The notes: a model not told the origin generated them from the letters alone. Numbered from the stretch's first letter, positions 1-10,402 are shown. The stretch is 64,000 nt of DNA from Leptolyngbyaceae cyanobacterium (GCA_965263355.1 CBDHHL010000032.1:3360001-3424000); one strand, 5' to 3'. Made by a program: numbers and translations.

Positions 1-383
1 TCATGGAGTTAATGATTCCGACGGCATTTTTGGAATCGGCACTGGGGGTTAGCGCCATTGTTGTAGGATTTCTGACAATGCTGTTGCCAGCAGTCAACTT
101 TAGTTGGCAGGTCGCCTTGTGGATGGTGTTGTCGCTGCTAATGTTCTGGGCTCTGCGACGGTTTTCCCCCCGGCGACAGCCCCCTACTCTAATGGATTCA
201 ACAGAGGCACGTACAATTACATCGATTCCCCCCGGGCAAAGTGGACGGGTCATGTATGAGGGGAATTCTTGGCCTGCCTGCTGTAGTGATCGGGAAGTTG
301 CGATCGCTACCAACCAAACCGTTATTGTCGTCGGTCGTCAGGGTAATACATTAATTGTGATGCCCGAAAGCGCCCTATTGTAA
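1..383 (+). CDS. NfeD-family membrane protein (probably 5'-truncated by window edge)
   Basis: Hydrophobic N-terminus plus C-terminal OB-like '[12 protein letters not shown]...[13 protein letters not shown]'; directly upstream of an SPFH gene, the classic NfeD-stomatin pair. Confidence 0.85.
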   Translation, partial: MELMIPTAFLESALGVSAIVVGFLTMLLPAVNFSWQVALWMVLSLLMFWALRRFSPRRQPPTLMDSTEARTITSIPPGQSGRVMYEGNSWPACCSDREVAIATNQTVIVVGRQGNTLIVMPESALL

Positions 384-399
384 ATTAGCAAGACACACC

Positions 400-1356
400 A
401 TGCACCCATTTGTACTGTTGATCATGTTGGCCTTTGGCGGTTCCATTGCCGCCGGTTCTGTCCGTATTGTGAACCAGGGGGACGAAGCTTTAGTCGAAAG
501 TCTAGGCCGATATAACGGTAAAAAACTCCAGCCAGGATTAAACTTTACCGTCCCCTTTATCGACAAGATGGTTTACAAACAAACCATTCGAGAAAAAGTG
601 CTGGATGTGCCAGCCCAGCAATGTATTACCCGTGATAACGTTTCCATTACCGTTGACGCCGTTGTTTACTGGCGTATTGTCGATTTAGAAAAGGCTTACT
701 ATAAAGTCGAAAATCTGCAAGCGGCCATGGTAAACCTGGTATTGACTCAGATTCGAGCTGAAATGGGTCAACTAGAGCTGGATGAAACCTTTACCGCCCG
801 ATCTGAAATTAACGAATCTTTGCTAAGAGAGCTGGATATCGCCACCGATCCTTGGGGAGTCAAAGTCACTCGCGTAGAGCTACGAGACATTGTGCCATCC
901 AAGGCTGTCCAAGACTCCATGGAACTGCAGATGGCAGCCGAGCGACGCAAGCGGGCGGCTGTCCTTACCTCAGAAGGAGAACGAGAATCTGCCGTGAACG
1001 CCGCCCAAGGCCAGGCTGAAGCTGAAGTGTTAGCGGCTGAAGCCCGCAAAAAATCTGCCATTCTAGCCGCTGAAGCCGAGCAGAAGACTATCGTGCTTAA
1101 AGCCCAGGCCGATCGGCAGGAGCAAGTTCTACGGGCTCAAGCAACTGCCGAAGCAGTTCAGGTTTTGGTCCAAAAGCTTAAGACCGATCCAACGGCCCGT
1201 GAAGCACTGCAGTTTCTCTTAGCCCAAGGGTATCTAGATGTCGGCAGCAAAATCGGTGCTAGCGATAGCAGCAAAGTCATGTTTATGGACCCCCGCGCAA
1301 TTCCTGCAACCCTTGAAGGGATGAAGTCTATTGTTGGAGACTTGGAACGCCAGTGA
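400..1356 (+). CDS. SPFH/band-7 (stomatin/prohibitin-like) protein
   Basis: '[18 protein letters not shown]', '[14 protein letters not shown]', AERRKRA coiled region. Confidence 0.95.
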   Translation: MHPFVLLIMLAFGGSIAAGSVRIVNQGDEALVESLGRYNGKKLQPGLNFTVPFIDKMVYKQTIREKVLDVPAQQCITRDNVSITVDAVVYWRIVDLEKAYYKVENLQAAMVNLVLTQIRAEMGQLELDETFTARSEINESLLRELDIATDPWGVKVTRVELRDIVPSKAVQDSMELQMAAERRKRAAVLTSEGERESAVNAAQGQAEAEVLAAEARKKSAILAAEAEQKTIVLKAQADRQEQVLRAQATAEAVQVLVQKLKTDPTAREALQFLLAQGYLDVGSKIGASDSSKVMFMDPRAIPATLEGMKSIVGDLERQ

Positions 1357-1523
1357 TAGCTTTACCAAGCAATCCTGATAGGAGTTAGAAAAATGGGCAA
1401 GCTGGTGATACCAAAGTTGTCTGGGAATCCAATGGGTTAAGTTATTGCCACGATCAATGTGGCTAACCGAATTGATCAAGTCCTGTCAAATTTTTAACAA
1501 GTCTTGTTGCAAGTCATTTTGGA

Positions 1524-2279
1524 CTAAAGCTCATCGGGATTGATGCCCAGTTCCCGCAGTTGAGCGGCTAATTTATCGGCCCGCTGTTTTTCTTGCTCAG
1601 CCCGCTGTTTTTCTTGCTCAGCCAGTTCAACTGAGGTGGAAATCCATACACCAGAAGCATTGTACCAACGTAGCCATATCCCGGTCGCTGATTGAAAGCT
1701 ACCCTGCCATAGCCCCAAACCTAGACCTAGATCCTCAAACCAGTAACGATTGTCAGTAATCGTTTCTTCCTGATAGTGGACCCCCGTCAGCTTAAATAAA
1801 CGAAAGACATTTTGATAACGATCAAACACCACATAATAGGGCACCCGTAGCAACCGTTCATAGACGTCCCATTTTCCAGGAGGCTGGTCAATGCGGCGGG
1901 GGGCACGGCCTAAGTCTTCGTCTTCAGTCCCTGGAGACAATAGCTCAACCACTAAAAAAGGACTGACACCTTCCTGCCAGATGACGTAGCTCCAACGTAA
2001 ATCGTTTTGTTGTGTTGCTCTGGGTACCCCCAGGACTAAAAACCAGTCAGGACGCTTATGCCATTGGGTATGGCGGCTATCGTAATAGATGTTTAGATCG
2101 GTGCCAATAAAAATATTGTTGGGGTTATGGTTAGGCAGCTTGCAGGTTTCGCGCAATAACTGTGGCTGAAAATCATGAAACTCGTCCGGCAAGCCTGGCT
2201 CCTCTGGATATTCGCTGGGAAGGTCGTACATGGTGGGCAGTGGCTTTTGCACTGATTTTGGTAAGTCGCTTTGGTACAT
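1524..2279 (-). CDS. Uma2-family (DUF820) PD-(D/E)XK endonuclease-like protein
   Basis: 'RPDWFLVLG', 'VVELLSPGT', C-terminal AEQEKQR coil and 'LRELGINPDEL', typical of cyanobacterial Uma2 paralogues. Confidence 0.9.
   Translation of the reverse strand: MYQSDLPKSVQKPLPTMYDLPSEYPEEPGLPDEFHDFQPQLLRETCKLPNHNPNNIFIGTDLNIYYDSRHTQWHKRPDWFLVLGVPRATQQNDLRWSYVIWQEGVSPFLVVELLSPGTEDEDLGRAPRRIDQPPGKWDVYERLLRVPYYVVFDRYQNVFRLFKLTGVHYQEETITDNRYWFEDLGLGLGLWQGSFQSATGIWLRWYNASGVWISTSVELAEQEKQRAEQEKQRADKLAAQLRELGINPDEL
1579..1620 (-). repeat. 21-bp coding tandem repeat x2 (AEQEKQR heptad)
   Basis: gcccgctgtttttcttgctca repeated exactly at 1579-1599 and 1600-1620. Confidence 0.9.
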
Positions 2280-2333
2280 ATTTAACTGCCCAGAAGTACA
2301 TATGAATTATTCTATCGAAAGTTCAACTCAAAA

Positions 2334-2723
2334 CTAACCTGAGACCACCTGACATTTATCGCAAAGGCCAAAAAATTCGAGGGTGTGATAAAAAATGCGG
2401 AAATGGTGGGAGTCGTTAAGGTGCTTTTCCAGCTCATGTACAGGGCATTCGTCAATCGGTAGCGATTCACCACAGCGTAGGCAGGTAAGGTGATGGCGAT
2501 CTTCATGGGTCAAGCTATAGACTGACTCGCCGTTAGATAGGGTGCGAACTTGCACCGCCCCCTCCAGCTTCAAAGCTTCGAGCGCTCGGTAGACGGTAGC
2601 TAGGCCAATACGACTACCGTTTTGCCTCATGGCACCGTGTAAGTCCTGGGCAGAAATTGCCTGTTCCTGGTCTTGCAATGCTTCTAGGATACGCTCCTGG
2701 TTGCGAGTACGACGAATAGCCAT
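2334..2723 (-). CDS. zur: Fur-family transcriptional regulator, probably Zur/FurB type
   Basis: 'GLATVYRAL', 'HHLTCLRCG', C-terminal CxxC; divergent from purS. Confidence 0.75.
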   Translation of the reverse strand: MAIRRTRNQERILEALQDQEQAISAQDLHGAMRQNGSRIGLATVYRALEALKLEGAVQVRTLSNGESVYSLTHEDRHHLTCLRCGESLPIDECPVHELEKHLNDSHHFRIFYHTLEFFGLCDKCQVVSG

Positions 2724-2848
2724 GGCTTTGGGGGAAAGTTTTCTATTAGCTTAGATCTAAGTCAAGGTGTTCGGGTAGACTCACCAAATTTGCCATGTCA
2801 GGGGTGCGATAGAATAGGCCAGCAACCCATCCATTCTGGATTTCTATT

Positions 2849-3115
2849 GTGGCGCAGACTTATCAGGCTCAAGTGTATGTGACTCTTCGTCCTTCAGTGC
2901 TAGACCCGGCAGGGACAGCGGTGCGCTCTGGACTGGAGCATATGGGATATGACAATGTGGAAAAAGTCCGCATTGGTAAATACATAGAGGTCTCTCTGAC
3001 GGCAGAGAGTGAAGAGGTGGCTAAAGCACAATTAGATCGGATGTGCGACCAGCTGTTGGCAAATCCGGTAATTGAGAATTATCGAATCGAATTAGATGCA
3101 ATGGCGACCACGTAG
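2849..3115 (+). CDS. purS: Phosphoribosylformylglycinamidine synthase subunit PurS
   Basis: 'VLDPAGTAV', 'LLANPVIENY'. Confidence 0.95.
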   Translation: MAQTYQAQVYVTLRPSVLDPAGTAVRSGLEHMGYDNVEKVRIGKYIEVSLTAESEEVAKAQLDRMCDQLLANPVIENYRIELDAMATT

Positions 3116-3132
3116 CCCATTCCGTTTCGCTC

Positions 3133-3153
3133 GTAGGGTGGGCACCGCACACC
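3133..3153 (+). repeat. GTAG-type REP-like short palindrome
   Basis: gtagggtgggcaccgcacacc, imperfect GGTGGGC/GCACACC stem between purS and purQ. Confidence 0.55.
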
Positions 3154-3207
3154 GTATAGCATAAGACTTATCAATATCCACCTATTACCCCATCCATTTT
3201 TGGTCCC

Positions 3208-3906
3208 ATGAAATTTGGTGTCATTACATTCCCTGGTTCAAATTGCGATCGCGATGTTATCTATGTAACTCGCGATATCCTTCAGCGTCCCACCCACCGT
3301 ATCTGGCATGAGGATAGCGATTTAGGCGATGTGGATGTGGTGGTGATCCCCGGTGGCTTCAGTTACGGTGACTATCTGCGCTGTGGTGCCGTTGCCCAGT
3401 TTTCTCCAGCGATGCGGTCTACTGTTGAATTTGCCAATAAGGGCGGTCTGGTGCTGGGCATTTGTAATGGGTTTCAGATTTTGACTGAAGTGGGCCTGTT
3501 GCCAGGGGCACTGGTACGCAATCGGGATATGCGGTTTATTTGCGATCGCACTCCCCTCAAAGTAGAACGCATTAACCTCACCTGGACCCAAAACTATACC
3601 CAGGACCAAATAGTCACAATTCCCATTGCCCATGGAGAAGGGTGTTATTACGCCGATGTCGAGACTCTCAAGTCTTTAGAAGATAACCAACAAGTTGTTT
3701 TTCGCTACAGTAATCTAGATGGAACTGTTGACAACAGCAGTAATCCCAATGGTTCTCTCAATAATATTGCTGGCATTTGCAATGAGACAGGAAATATTCT
3801 CGGCATGATGCCTCACCCTGAAAGAGCAGCAGATCCAAGGCTGGGTGGAACAGACGGATTAGCGCTGTTTGAGTCGGTGTTAGCAACAGCATTGAGTGTT
3901 GCCTAA
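3208..3906 (+). CDS. purQ: Phosphoribosylformylglycinamidine synthase subunit PurQ (glutaminase)
   Basis: 'FPGSNCDRD', 'GGFSYGDYLR', 'GICNGFQ', 'MMPHPER'. Confidence 0.97.
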   Translation: MKFGVITFPGSNCDRDVIYVTRDILQRPTHRIWHEDSDLGDVDVVVIPGGFSYGDYLRCGAVAQFSPAMRSTVEFANKGGLVLGICNGFQILTEVGLLPGALVRNRDMRFICDRTPLKVERINLTWTQNYTQDQIVTIPIAHGEGCYYADVETLKSLEDNQQVVFRYSNLDGTVDNSSNPNGSLNNIAGICNETGNILGMMPHPERAADPRLGGTDGLALFESVLATALSVA

Positions 3907-3951
3907 TCTCTACCCTTGTTCTTTCAGAATGACATTAGCATTGACACTGTA

Positions 3952-4749
3952 TTAGGAGATTAATTTTTTCGCAGCCAAGATCTGGTTGGCCCAGCTTGCC
4001 TTATCATCTGAGAGTAGTGGATTTAGCGGGCGACTATAGTCTAAAACGTAATCAAATCCACCCCGATCATAAACAGCGGTAAGCAGAGCCTGTAAATCGA
4101 CCGTAGCCGATTCGTCTTTGTGTAATAGGGGAATCGACAATGTGGGCAGTGCTTCTTTTAGCTCAATGGCGTACCAATCTGCACTAGGGCGACGTTCGCT
4201 ATGGCTAATCAGTATGCGGTAATCTCCAATAGTTGGTGATCCTAAAATAGGCATAGCCTGCCAACCCCGAAGTAAGTCAATTTCAACTAAGTGGGTCAGG
4301 CTACCTAAAATTCGTTGACGTTTTTGAATATAGGTATTACGACCTTCGCCACTACGCTTATTAACGGGTGAAAGGATTTCAATAGCAGTAACGACCTGCC
4401 CGGTTTGCATTTCTCGAATTTCTAGATAGGCCTGTTTGACCTGCTCAGGCATAGGTAACGTTACTGTCTGGGGTTGTGCTACGGCAGTTGTGGATTGGTG
4501 GCTTGATGGTTGCTGAGCAGATTGACGATGAATAGATACGTCTGGAATGCCCACTAGAAGGGAGTTGCCGTTACTGCTTTCCTCGGGTTGACTGATTTCG
4601 TAAATACGTTTTTCGATGGCCACTCGATATTTAGGCCGTACTTGAGGGACCAGGGTTTCGGCAATGAGTGTAATCAGCCAGTGGTGCACCTCTGGCCAAA
4701 AGTCAGGATGCTCCAGGTAAGGATCCATGCCAGGAAAGGGAGATGGCAT
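3952..4749 (-). CDS. DUF4058-family protein (restriction-endonuclease-like fold)
   Basis: 'MPSPFPGMDPYLE', 'IEILSPVNK', 'HLVEIDLLRG'. Confidence 0.88.
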   Translation of the reverse strand: MPSPFPGMDPYLEHPDFWPEVHHWLITLIAETLVPQVRPKYRVAIEKRIYEISQPEESSNGNSLLVGIPDVSIHRQSAQQPSSHQSTTAVAQPQTVTLPMPEQVKQAYLEIREMQTGQVVTAIEILSPVNKRSGEGRNTYIQKRQRILGSLTHLVEIDLLRGWQAMPILGSPTIGDYRILISHSERRPSADWYAIELKEALPTLSIPLLHKDESATVDLQALLTAVYDRGGFDYVLDYSRPLNPLLSDDKASWANQILAAKKLIS

Positions 4750-4955
4750 TGTAAAAGGTGAAACGGAAAAGCCATTCCAATCTTAGATCAATCATTCATC
4801 AATTGATTACCAACCACAATCCAGTGAATCTGTAGTGTGGCCCCATTTCATTATCTAAAGTAATTGGTGGCCAAGATAATGTAGGTGAACAACACATTTG
4901 GATGACTATTATTACTGACCAATTCCTATGCATACTCACTATTACTCTCTGTGGA

Positions 4956-5972
4956 TTAAGTCTTCTCCCAAGGTAGATTTGCTAGTTGACTCACACAAAA
5001 TAATTCGTAGTATGTTATGTCTCTCGACACTTGCACTTCCCTATTCGCATCATCAAAAATAACAGCCTTAGACTTTAAGATTTCTTTAGCTCTCATGTAA
5101 GGCATTATTTTTTCAGTGTTATGAATTATGTCGTACTCGAAGACACCATTGTCTTTTCTCATAGACAGAAAGCTTGATGTAATCTGTAGGGCATTGTCAA
5201 GGCTGTCAATATACAACCATTCTTCTTTTTTGTCTGAACCTGCCAATATGTACTTTGACAAGCTTTTTGTATCTTCATATGCTCGTTTATGACAAGAATA
5301 AATTCGTTTATGACATCCCAAAGCAAGTAAATTATTCAATGCGTCAACAAAGTTTTGGCCTTCTTTAGCTGGGCGAATATTAGAAATGAAAGATAAATCA
5401 TATGCAATAATTATTGATGAAGGATTTAGTGGCCAAATTATCATTGATAACCGACCACCAATCAATATGGGTATTACTGGGCTATCAGACGTAATGAGTG
5501 CACCTGATCCGAAGCTATACTTTTTCAGTTTCCATGAACATTGCAAAGCATACAAAAGCTCAACTGATTCATTAGTTTCCATCGTATATTCAACTTGCTT
5601 TAGCAAAGTTTCTTGAAGATAATTCTCAATGATTTTATTTAGTTGAGTTACTCGCTCAATTTTGCTATCACAGTAATATCTGGAAGATTTAAAGTGCAGC
5701 TCAAAGAGCAAAAAAATAAGTGCCGAACTATATCTGTGATTTTCCACTCGATTGCTAACTTTTTTAAGAAGTGATTCTCCCCAAGCAATACGTTCTTCTA
5801 TTTCTTGGGCGTGCTGCCTCGAGAAAAAATAACCCTTTTGACATTGTCCTCTGATAGATGCTTCTTTCCATTCATTTCCTATCAAAACAAAGATGTTCTT
5901 CTTGTCGGCATCACAAGCGAATTGTCTCAAATATGCTTGAGGAACAAAATGTTGGTTTTTGAATTTGGCCAT
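4956..5972 (-). CDS. DUF4238-domain protein, AT-rich, probably horizontally acquired
   Basis: N-terminal 'QHFVPQAYLRQF' and internal 'LITSDSPV...IWPLNP' motifs; visibly lower GC than flanks. Confidence 0.7.
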   Translation of the reverse strand: MAKFKNQHFVPQAYLRQFACDADKKNIFVLIGNEWKEASIRGQCQKGYFFSRQHAQEIEERIAWGESLLKKVSNRVENHRYSSALIFLLFELHFKSSRYYCDSKIERVTQLNKIIENYLQETLLKQVEYTMETNESVELLYALQCSWKLKKYSFGSGALITSDSPVIPILIGGRLSMIIWPLNPSSIIIAYDLSFISNIRPAKEGQNFVDALNNLLALGCHKRIYSCHKRAYEDTKSLSKYILAGSDKKEEWLYIDSLDNALQITSSFLSMRKDNGVFEYDIIHNTEKIMPYMRAKEILKSKAVIFDDANREVQVSRDITYYELFCVSQLANLPWEKT

Positions 5973-6037
5973 ATTTGATTGTTTTTTCTACAAAAGCATA
6001 GAACATCGATGATCACGCTTTCTAATGTAAGTGTGAA

Positions 6038-6661
6038 TTATGACAATTTGGGTAAACCATTGGGAATGGTAAATTGCCGATCTGTATAGCAGTAATCATT
6101 CCCTGCCATCCGTCCAATGGGAGCAAGCTTTTGGGTGTCAATGCGATAGTTCTCATCCACCAGGTCATCGCGGATAAACCAATGGACTACCTGACCAATC
6201 ACTAAATTAAATGTCCCAATTGGCACAATCTGCATCGTGCGACATTCAAATGCGACGGGAGATTCTGCCACCCTTGGAGCTTTCACAACCTGGCTAGATA
6301 CTGTTGTCAGATCAATATGATCGAATTCAGAATCACCATAAGGTAAAGGCTCTGATGCTTCAGCTACCTGACGAATATAAGGTTCAACCGCTAAGTTGAT
6401 CACATATTCACCTACGCCACCTTCTGAAACAGGGCGCACATTGCGCAACGTATCTTTTTCAGACCCATCAGATTTTGGTGCAACGCTAAAGGCTAACGCC
6501 AGAGGCTTATGACCCACTGCATTGAAATAGGAAAAGGGAGCCAAATTAGTTTTGCCTGTAGTCGAGATGCTGGAAACAAAAGCGATCGGACGCGGGACTA
6601 CTGTGCCAATTAGAAGCTTGTAACGAGCTGATGAGTCAAGCAATCCAGGGGTGATTTCCAT
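6038..6661 (-). CDS. Flavin reductase-like (DIM6/NTAB family) FMN-binding protein
   Basis: 'VVPRPIAFVS', 'NLAPFSYFN', 'KDTLRN', 'APRVAESPVAFEC'. Confidence 0.9.
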   Translation of the reverse strand: MEITPGLLDSSARYKLLIGTVVPRPIAFVSSISTTGKTNLAPFSYFNAVGHKPLALAFSVAPKSDGSEKDTLRNVRPVSEGGVGEYVINLAVEPYIRQVAEASEPLPYGDSEFDHIDLTTVSSQVVKAPRVAESPVAFECRTMQIVPIGTFNLVIGQVVHWFIRDDLVDENYRIDTQKLAPIGRMAGNDYCYTDRQFTIPNGLPKLS

Positions 6662-6867
6662 GGCAAGCCTTACTTGAATAAGAAAGAGATTGTTGGCAAA
6701 TCATATCAGCAGATATCCTTAACATCTGTAAAATACAGCTTATTATCAGGAATTTACCGACCTTACTCCGAGGAAGATGCTACGCGTTAGGCTTGCTCAT
6801 ATTCATAAGGCTATATAACTTTGTTCATTCCTCGATGTGGTAATTACTCGATAGCGCACTATCTGCT

Positions 6868-7677
6868 CTATCGAGTAATTACCTCGACTAGCGGTCGAAA
6901 CTGTCGGTCAAGTTCAGTACGGGCACTGAGTAATGTGGGAAATGGTCGACTACCGTAATCTTCACCTACTTTTAGGGGAAAAATATCCACGTCTTCTAGC
7001 GGAGTCCATACCGCACCAGCCGCCTGAGTGATGGCCCACACAGCCGCAATATCCCAAATCTTTGGAGTAGCTTCTACTGCGCCTAGACTAATGCCTGCCG
7101 CTACCGTCAGTAGATTATAAGTAGCTACACCCAGCATGCGAATTTTGCAAGGAAAGGGCTTTTGTAACACCTTAAGACTGCGGGCACAGAGGCTAAAGAA
7201 CTGACTACCTGCGGCAGCATCTGACGATGTGTGGATCGGTTCACCATCAAGAAATGCACCGCTGGCTCCTTCTAAACCGGAGTTGCCCATGTAGAAACCA
7301 TGGAAGCGCTGATCTAAGGTGGGAATGTACACATGACCAAAGACTGGTGTGCCTTTATAAAGTAGGCCCAGGGAAATACCCCATAAAGGAACGCCCCGAG
7401 TAAAGTTAGTGGTGCCATCAATGGGATCGATAACCCAACAAAAGTCTTCTTCAGGAAAAATGTGAGTACCTTCTTCGCTCAGCACACCATGCTCCGGCAG
7501 TGCTTCTTGTAAACGCCGCCGCAATTCACCATCAGCCCATTTATCCGACTGGGTGACAAGGCTACCGTCAGATTTTTCTTCTGCAGTAGCATTGCCAAAA
7601 TCCTTGAGGAGCTGGGCTCCCACATCAGTAGTAGCCGTTTCAGAGACAGAGAGAATATTTTTCCAGTTTGGGGTCAT
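6868..7677 (-). CDS. Inositol monophosphatase family protein
   Basis: 'WVIDPIDGTTNF', 'KIWDIAA'; start set at ATG 7677. Confidence 0.92.
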   Translation of the reverse strand: MTPNWKNILSVSETATTDVGAQLLKDFGNATAEEKSDGSLVTQSDKWADGELRRRLQEALPEHGVLSEEGTHIFPEEDFCWVIDPIDGTTNFTRGVPLWGISLGLLYKGTPVFGHVYIPTLDQRFHGFYMGNSGLEGASGAFLDGEPIHTSSDAAAGSQFFSLCARSLKVLQKPFPCKIRMLGVATYNLLTVAAGISLGAVEATPKIWDIAAVWAITQAAGAVWTPLEDVDIFPLKVGEDYGSRPFPTLLSARTELDRQFRPLVEVITR

Positions 7678-7681
7678 GGGG

Positions 7682-9133
7682 TTAGTCCATATCACTTTCT
7701 AGGGCAGTGGCGATCGCACTTTTCGCAGTTGTCTGAAACTCATGAATATTCACACGACTGACAATTGCCACTGCAATCAACATACCAACAGCCTGAGTCG
7801 CAAATACCAACCCATAGGCAGGCAATAGTTGAGACTCAGCAACCGGGCCGTCGGCCATTGCTTCTATGATGCGTTTACCTAGAGTCAGTAAGCTACCACC
7901 CAGAATTGTCGCTGTTCCTCTGGCAATCGCCTGAGCCAACCCCCAAGCCCCAATAAAGGTACCAGCCACTTCTGCCACAGTCAGATCCAACATCAGTAAA
8001 ATCGAACCTGTTGTCAAAACACCCGATGCCAAACCAAATAAGCCTACCCCCAGCATGAGCTGCTGAGGATTGCCAGTCGTACCACAGACAATCAGCAAAA
8101 TCAGACAAAATGCAGCCCACAGACAACCGAATTTAATGGTGCGCTTTTTCCCAAGTTTGGGAGCCAGGAAAAAGCCAGTACCAATAATGCCAAATAACGT
8201 ACCCATACCAAAGTAGGCATTGAGCTTAGTAGTTTCGGTAATTGCCATGCCAAAAATTTGGCCGCCGTAGGGTTCTAGCACAGCATCCTGCATAAATAAG
8301 CTGAGACTAAGCACTAGTAAGAAAACAAAAAACAATCCCGTTTGACGACTCGCTGTTAATACCTTTAAAGCATCGCTAAAGGTAATCTGGTCATCTCGCT
8401 GACGCGTGCGTTCTCGCAGGCGAGAATATTTCTTCTCAATGCCAAACGTACTAACAATAGCAATCCCGCACACAATGGCCGGAGCAATAATAAACAGCCT
8501 ATTGATAGAGCTACGCAGTTGATCTATCGTCGGCGCATCACCCAAAGATTTGAGCACAATGCTGGTGATAATTACGCCAGAAACAATGCCCACCATTAAC
8601 ATCCCCCAGCCAATACCCACTAACTTTGGCTGGGTTTCATCATCCGATACATCCACCAAAAGTGCGGTAAACGGTGTAGAGGTTGAAGCTAGCGCCAGAC
8701 CGTAGAGAGCAAATATAAAGGCCAGCAGACCAACCCAAGGGTAGACAGCACTGGTCCATCCGTTAGCCTCTATTCGACTGCCGATCTGCCAGACAACTTG
8801 GACAGCCGTAAAGGCCATCACGGCCATAGAAACGATGCCTAGCCAGATATAACCACTGCGATGGTAACCAAACAGGGGCTTAGAGTCTGACATCTGGCCA
8901 ATCCACACACGGGCTGGAGCCATAAACTGATGGACTGCGATCGCACCCGCTGCAATCAGAGCAGGCACCCTGAGTTCATCAATCATGACGCGATTGAGGA
9001 CACCTAGGGTAAGCAAAGACATGATGCCAAGGCCCATATTGAAAATACCCAGGCGTAGCATCGTAAACAGGCCAATTTTAGCAATAGCGGAGTCTGAATC
9101 CGTGTAGCGACTGGTCAGCTCTGGACTACTCAT
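7682..9133 (-). CDS. PucC/BCD-family MFS (chlorophyll delivery) transporter
   Basis: 'TLGVLNRVMIDEL', 'QDAVLEPYGG', 'AGTFIGAWG'; many TM segments. Confidence 0.9.
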   Translation of the reverse strand: MSSPELTSRYTDSDSAIAKIGLFTMLRLGIFNMGLGIMSLLTLGVLNRVMIDELRVPALIAAGAIAVHQFMAPARVWIGQMSDSKPLFGYHRSGYIWLGIVSMAVMAFTAVQVVWQIGSRIEANGWTSAVYPWVGLLAFIFALYGLALASTSTPFTALLVDVSDDETQPKLVGIGWGMLMVGIVSGVIITSIVLKSLGDAPTIDQLRSSINRLFIIAPAIVCGIAIVSTFGIEKKYSRLRERTRQRDDQITFSDALKVLTASRQTGLFFVFLLVLSLSLFMQDAVLEPYGGQIFGMAITETTKLNAYFGMGTLFGIIGTGFFLAPKLGKKRTIKFGCLWAAFCLILLIVCGTTGNPQQLMLGVGLFGLASGVLTTGSILLMLDLTVAEVAGTFIGAWGLAQAIARGTATILGGSLLTLGKRIIEAMADGPVAESQLLPAYGLVFATQAVGMLIAVAIVSRVNIHEFQTTAKSAIATALESDMD

Positions 9134-9262
9134 AGATGTCGATTACGCTAAAAAACTACTACGTAATATCCAGCTTAAACGCCAACAGCCCTAACGGACA
9201 GTCCCGTACCCCATAATGCATCTAACCCAAAGGCACCTGTAGGGGCATGCCATTAGGGGTGC

Positions 9263-9291
9263 AAAAAAAAGCGGCAGGGAAATCCTGCCGC
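9263..9291 (-). terminator. Rho-independent terminator of the small heat-shock gene
   Basis: GCGGCAGG-gaaat-CCTGCCGC perfect 8-bp stem with A8 on the + strand (U8 on the - strand). Confidence 0.85.
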
Positions 9292-9389
9292 CAAAGCCAA
9301 ACTAGGAGAATTCGAGAAGAGTCTCAGAAAGCTAATCAATGTTGGGCGTAGTTAGGTATTCCCAACTAAACACGCCCATACACCGCCAA

Positions 9390-9827
9390 TTAGTCAGCAG
9401 GCACATCAGCAACATTCACCTTAACCACCTGGTTACGAACCTCGGCAGCCTTAGGCACATGTATTGTCAAAATGCCATTGCTGTAGTCAGCTTTCACCTG
9501 CTCATGGTCAACGACTGTAGGCAGATTAATGATGCGACGGAAACTGCCGTAGCGTCGCTCGCGACGTAGCAGATGCTTCTCATCATCAATCTCAGTAGCC
9601 TTGCGCTCACCGGAAATCGTGATACTCTTGCGACTAGCCTCAATATTGATATCGTCAGCCTTGAGACCAGGTAGAACCACTTCTAGAACATAATCATTAC
9701 CCGCATCAACAAGATCAACGGCAGGAATCCAATCTGTTGTTGTGGGAGTCAGATCCTCAAAAATGTTGTCTAGCTGTTGTCTAATGGTCTCCATTTCTTG
9801 AAACGGTTGCCAATAACGTACGATCAT
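9390..9827 (-). CDS. hspA: Small heat shock protein, Hsp20/alpha-crystallin family
   Basis: 'ERRYGSFRRIINLP', 'ADYSNGILTIHVPK'. Confidence 0.9.
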   Translation of the reverse strand: MIVRYWQPFQEMETIRQQLDNIFEDLTPTTTDWIPAVDLVDAGNDYVLEVVLPGLKADDINIEASRKSITISGERKATEIDDEKHLLRRERRYGSFRRIINLPTVVDHEQVKADYSNGILTIHVPKAAEVRNQVVKVNVADVPAD

Positions 9828-9969
9828 GTGTTGTTTCCTCAGTTCTCGATTGTGTTATTACGGCAGAGAAGAGACTGTTGCTTATCTATTGAATCTCTTT
9901 GCCTGCCTTACAGTCACCATGATGCCGTAAAGACTTCACTACACCCAGGGGAGAGAACCTCACCCAAAA

Positions 9970-9999
9970 TTAGGGCTTGCCGAAGACGGTTTACGAAAC
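9970..9999 (-). promoter_or_regulatory. Tandem K-box-like (Rre1-type) motifs upstream of hspA
   Basis: Minus strand gtttcgtaaaccgtct and cttcggcaagccctaa resemble the K-box GTTCGG-NNAN-CCNNAC, with mismatches. Confidence 0.4.
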
Positions 10000-10075
10000 A
10001 ATCAAACCGGGTAAAGAGAACCCTAATGATTAGAGCGGTTAGCCGTATCTCATAGGGAGATTACATGCAATGTCC

Positions 10076-10402
10076 CTACGATGGGCGCACATTTTTGTTG
10101 ATCGTAAACGAAATAGAGGGTTTGGTGGTGGGGTTAGCGTTGGTTGGTTGGGATGGTGTTGACTGGGCAGTGGATAAGTCTGTCTCTGGGACCTTTAGCT
10201 CTGGTGCAGGCATTACATTCTCAATGGCTGAATTTGCGGCCATGCCTGGAGATGTGTTGGAATTACTTGCGATCGCAAGCCCCACACCAGCTATCACCGA
10301 AATTGGCAACGAAAACTCAGCTAACCAGTGCAACCCAGTCACCCAGTTAAATATCCCCAGCGCTATATATAACCAGACAATGCTAATGGCCCAAACGTGC
10401 AT
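10076..10402 (-). CDS. Hypothetical small membrane protein
   Basis: Two hydrophobic segments, low-complexity linker, C-terminal 'SISFTI'. Confidence 0.6.
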   Translation of the reverse strand: MHVWAISIVWLYIALGIFNWVTGLHWLAEFSLPISVIAGVGLAIASNSNTSPGMAANSAIENVMPAPELKVPETDLSTAQSTPSQPTNANPTTKPSISFTINKNVRPS

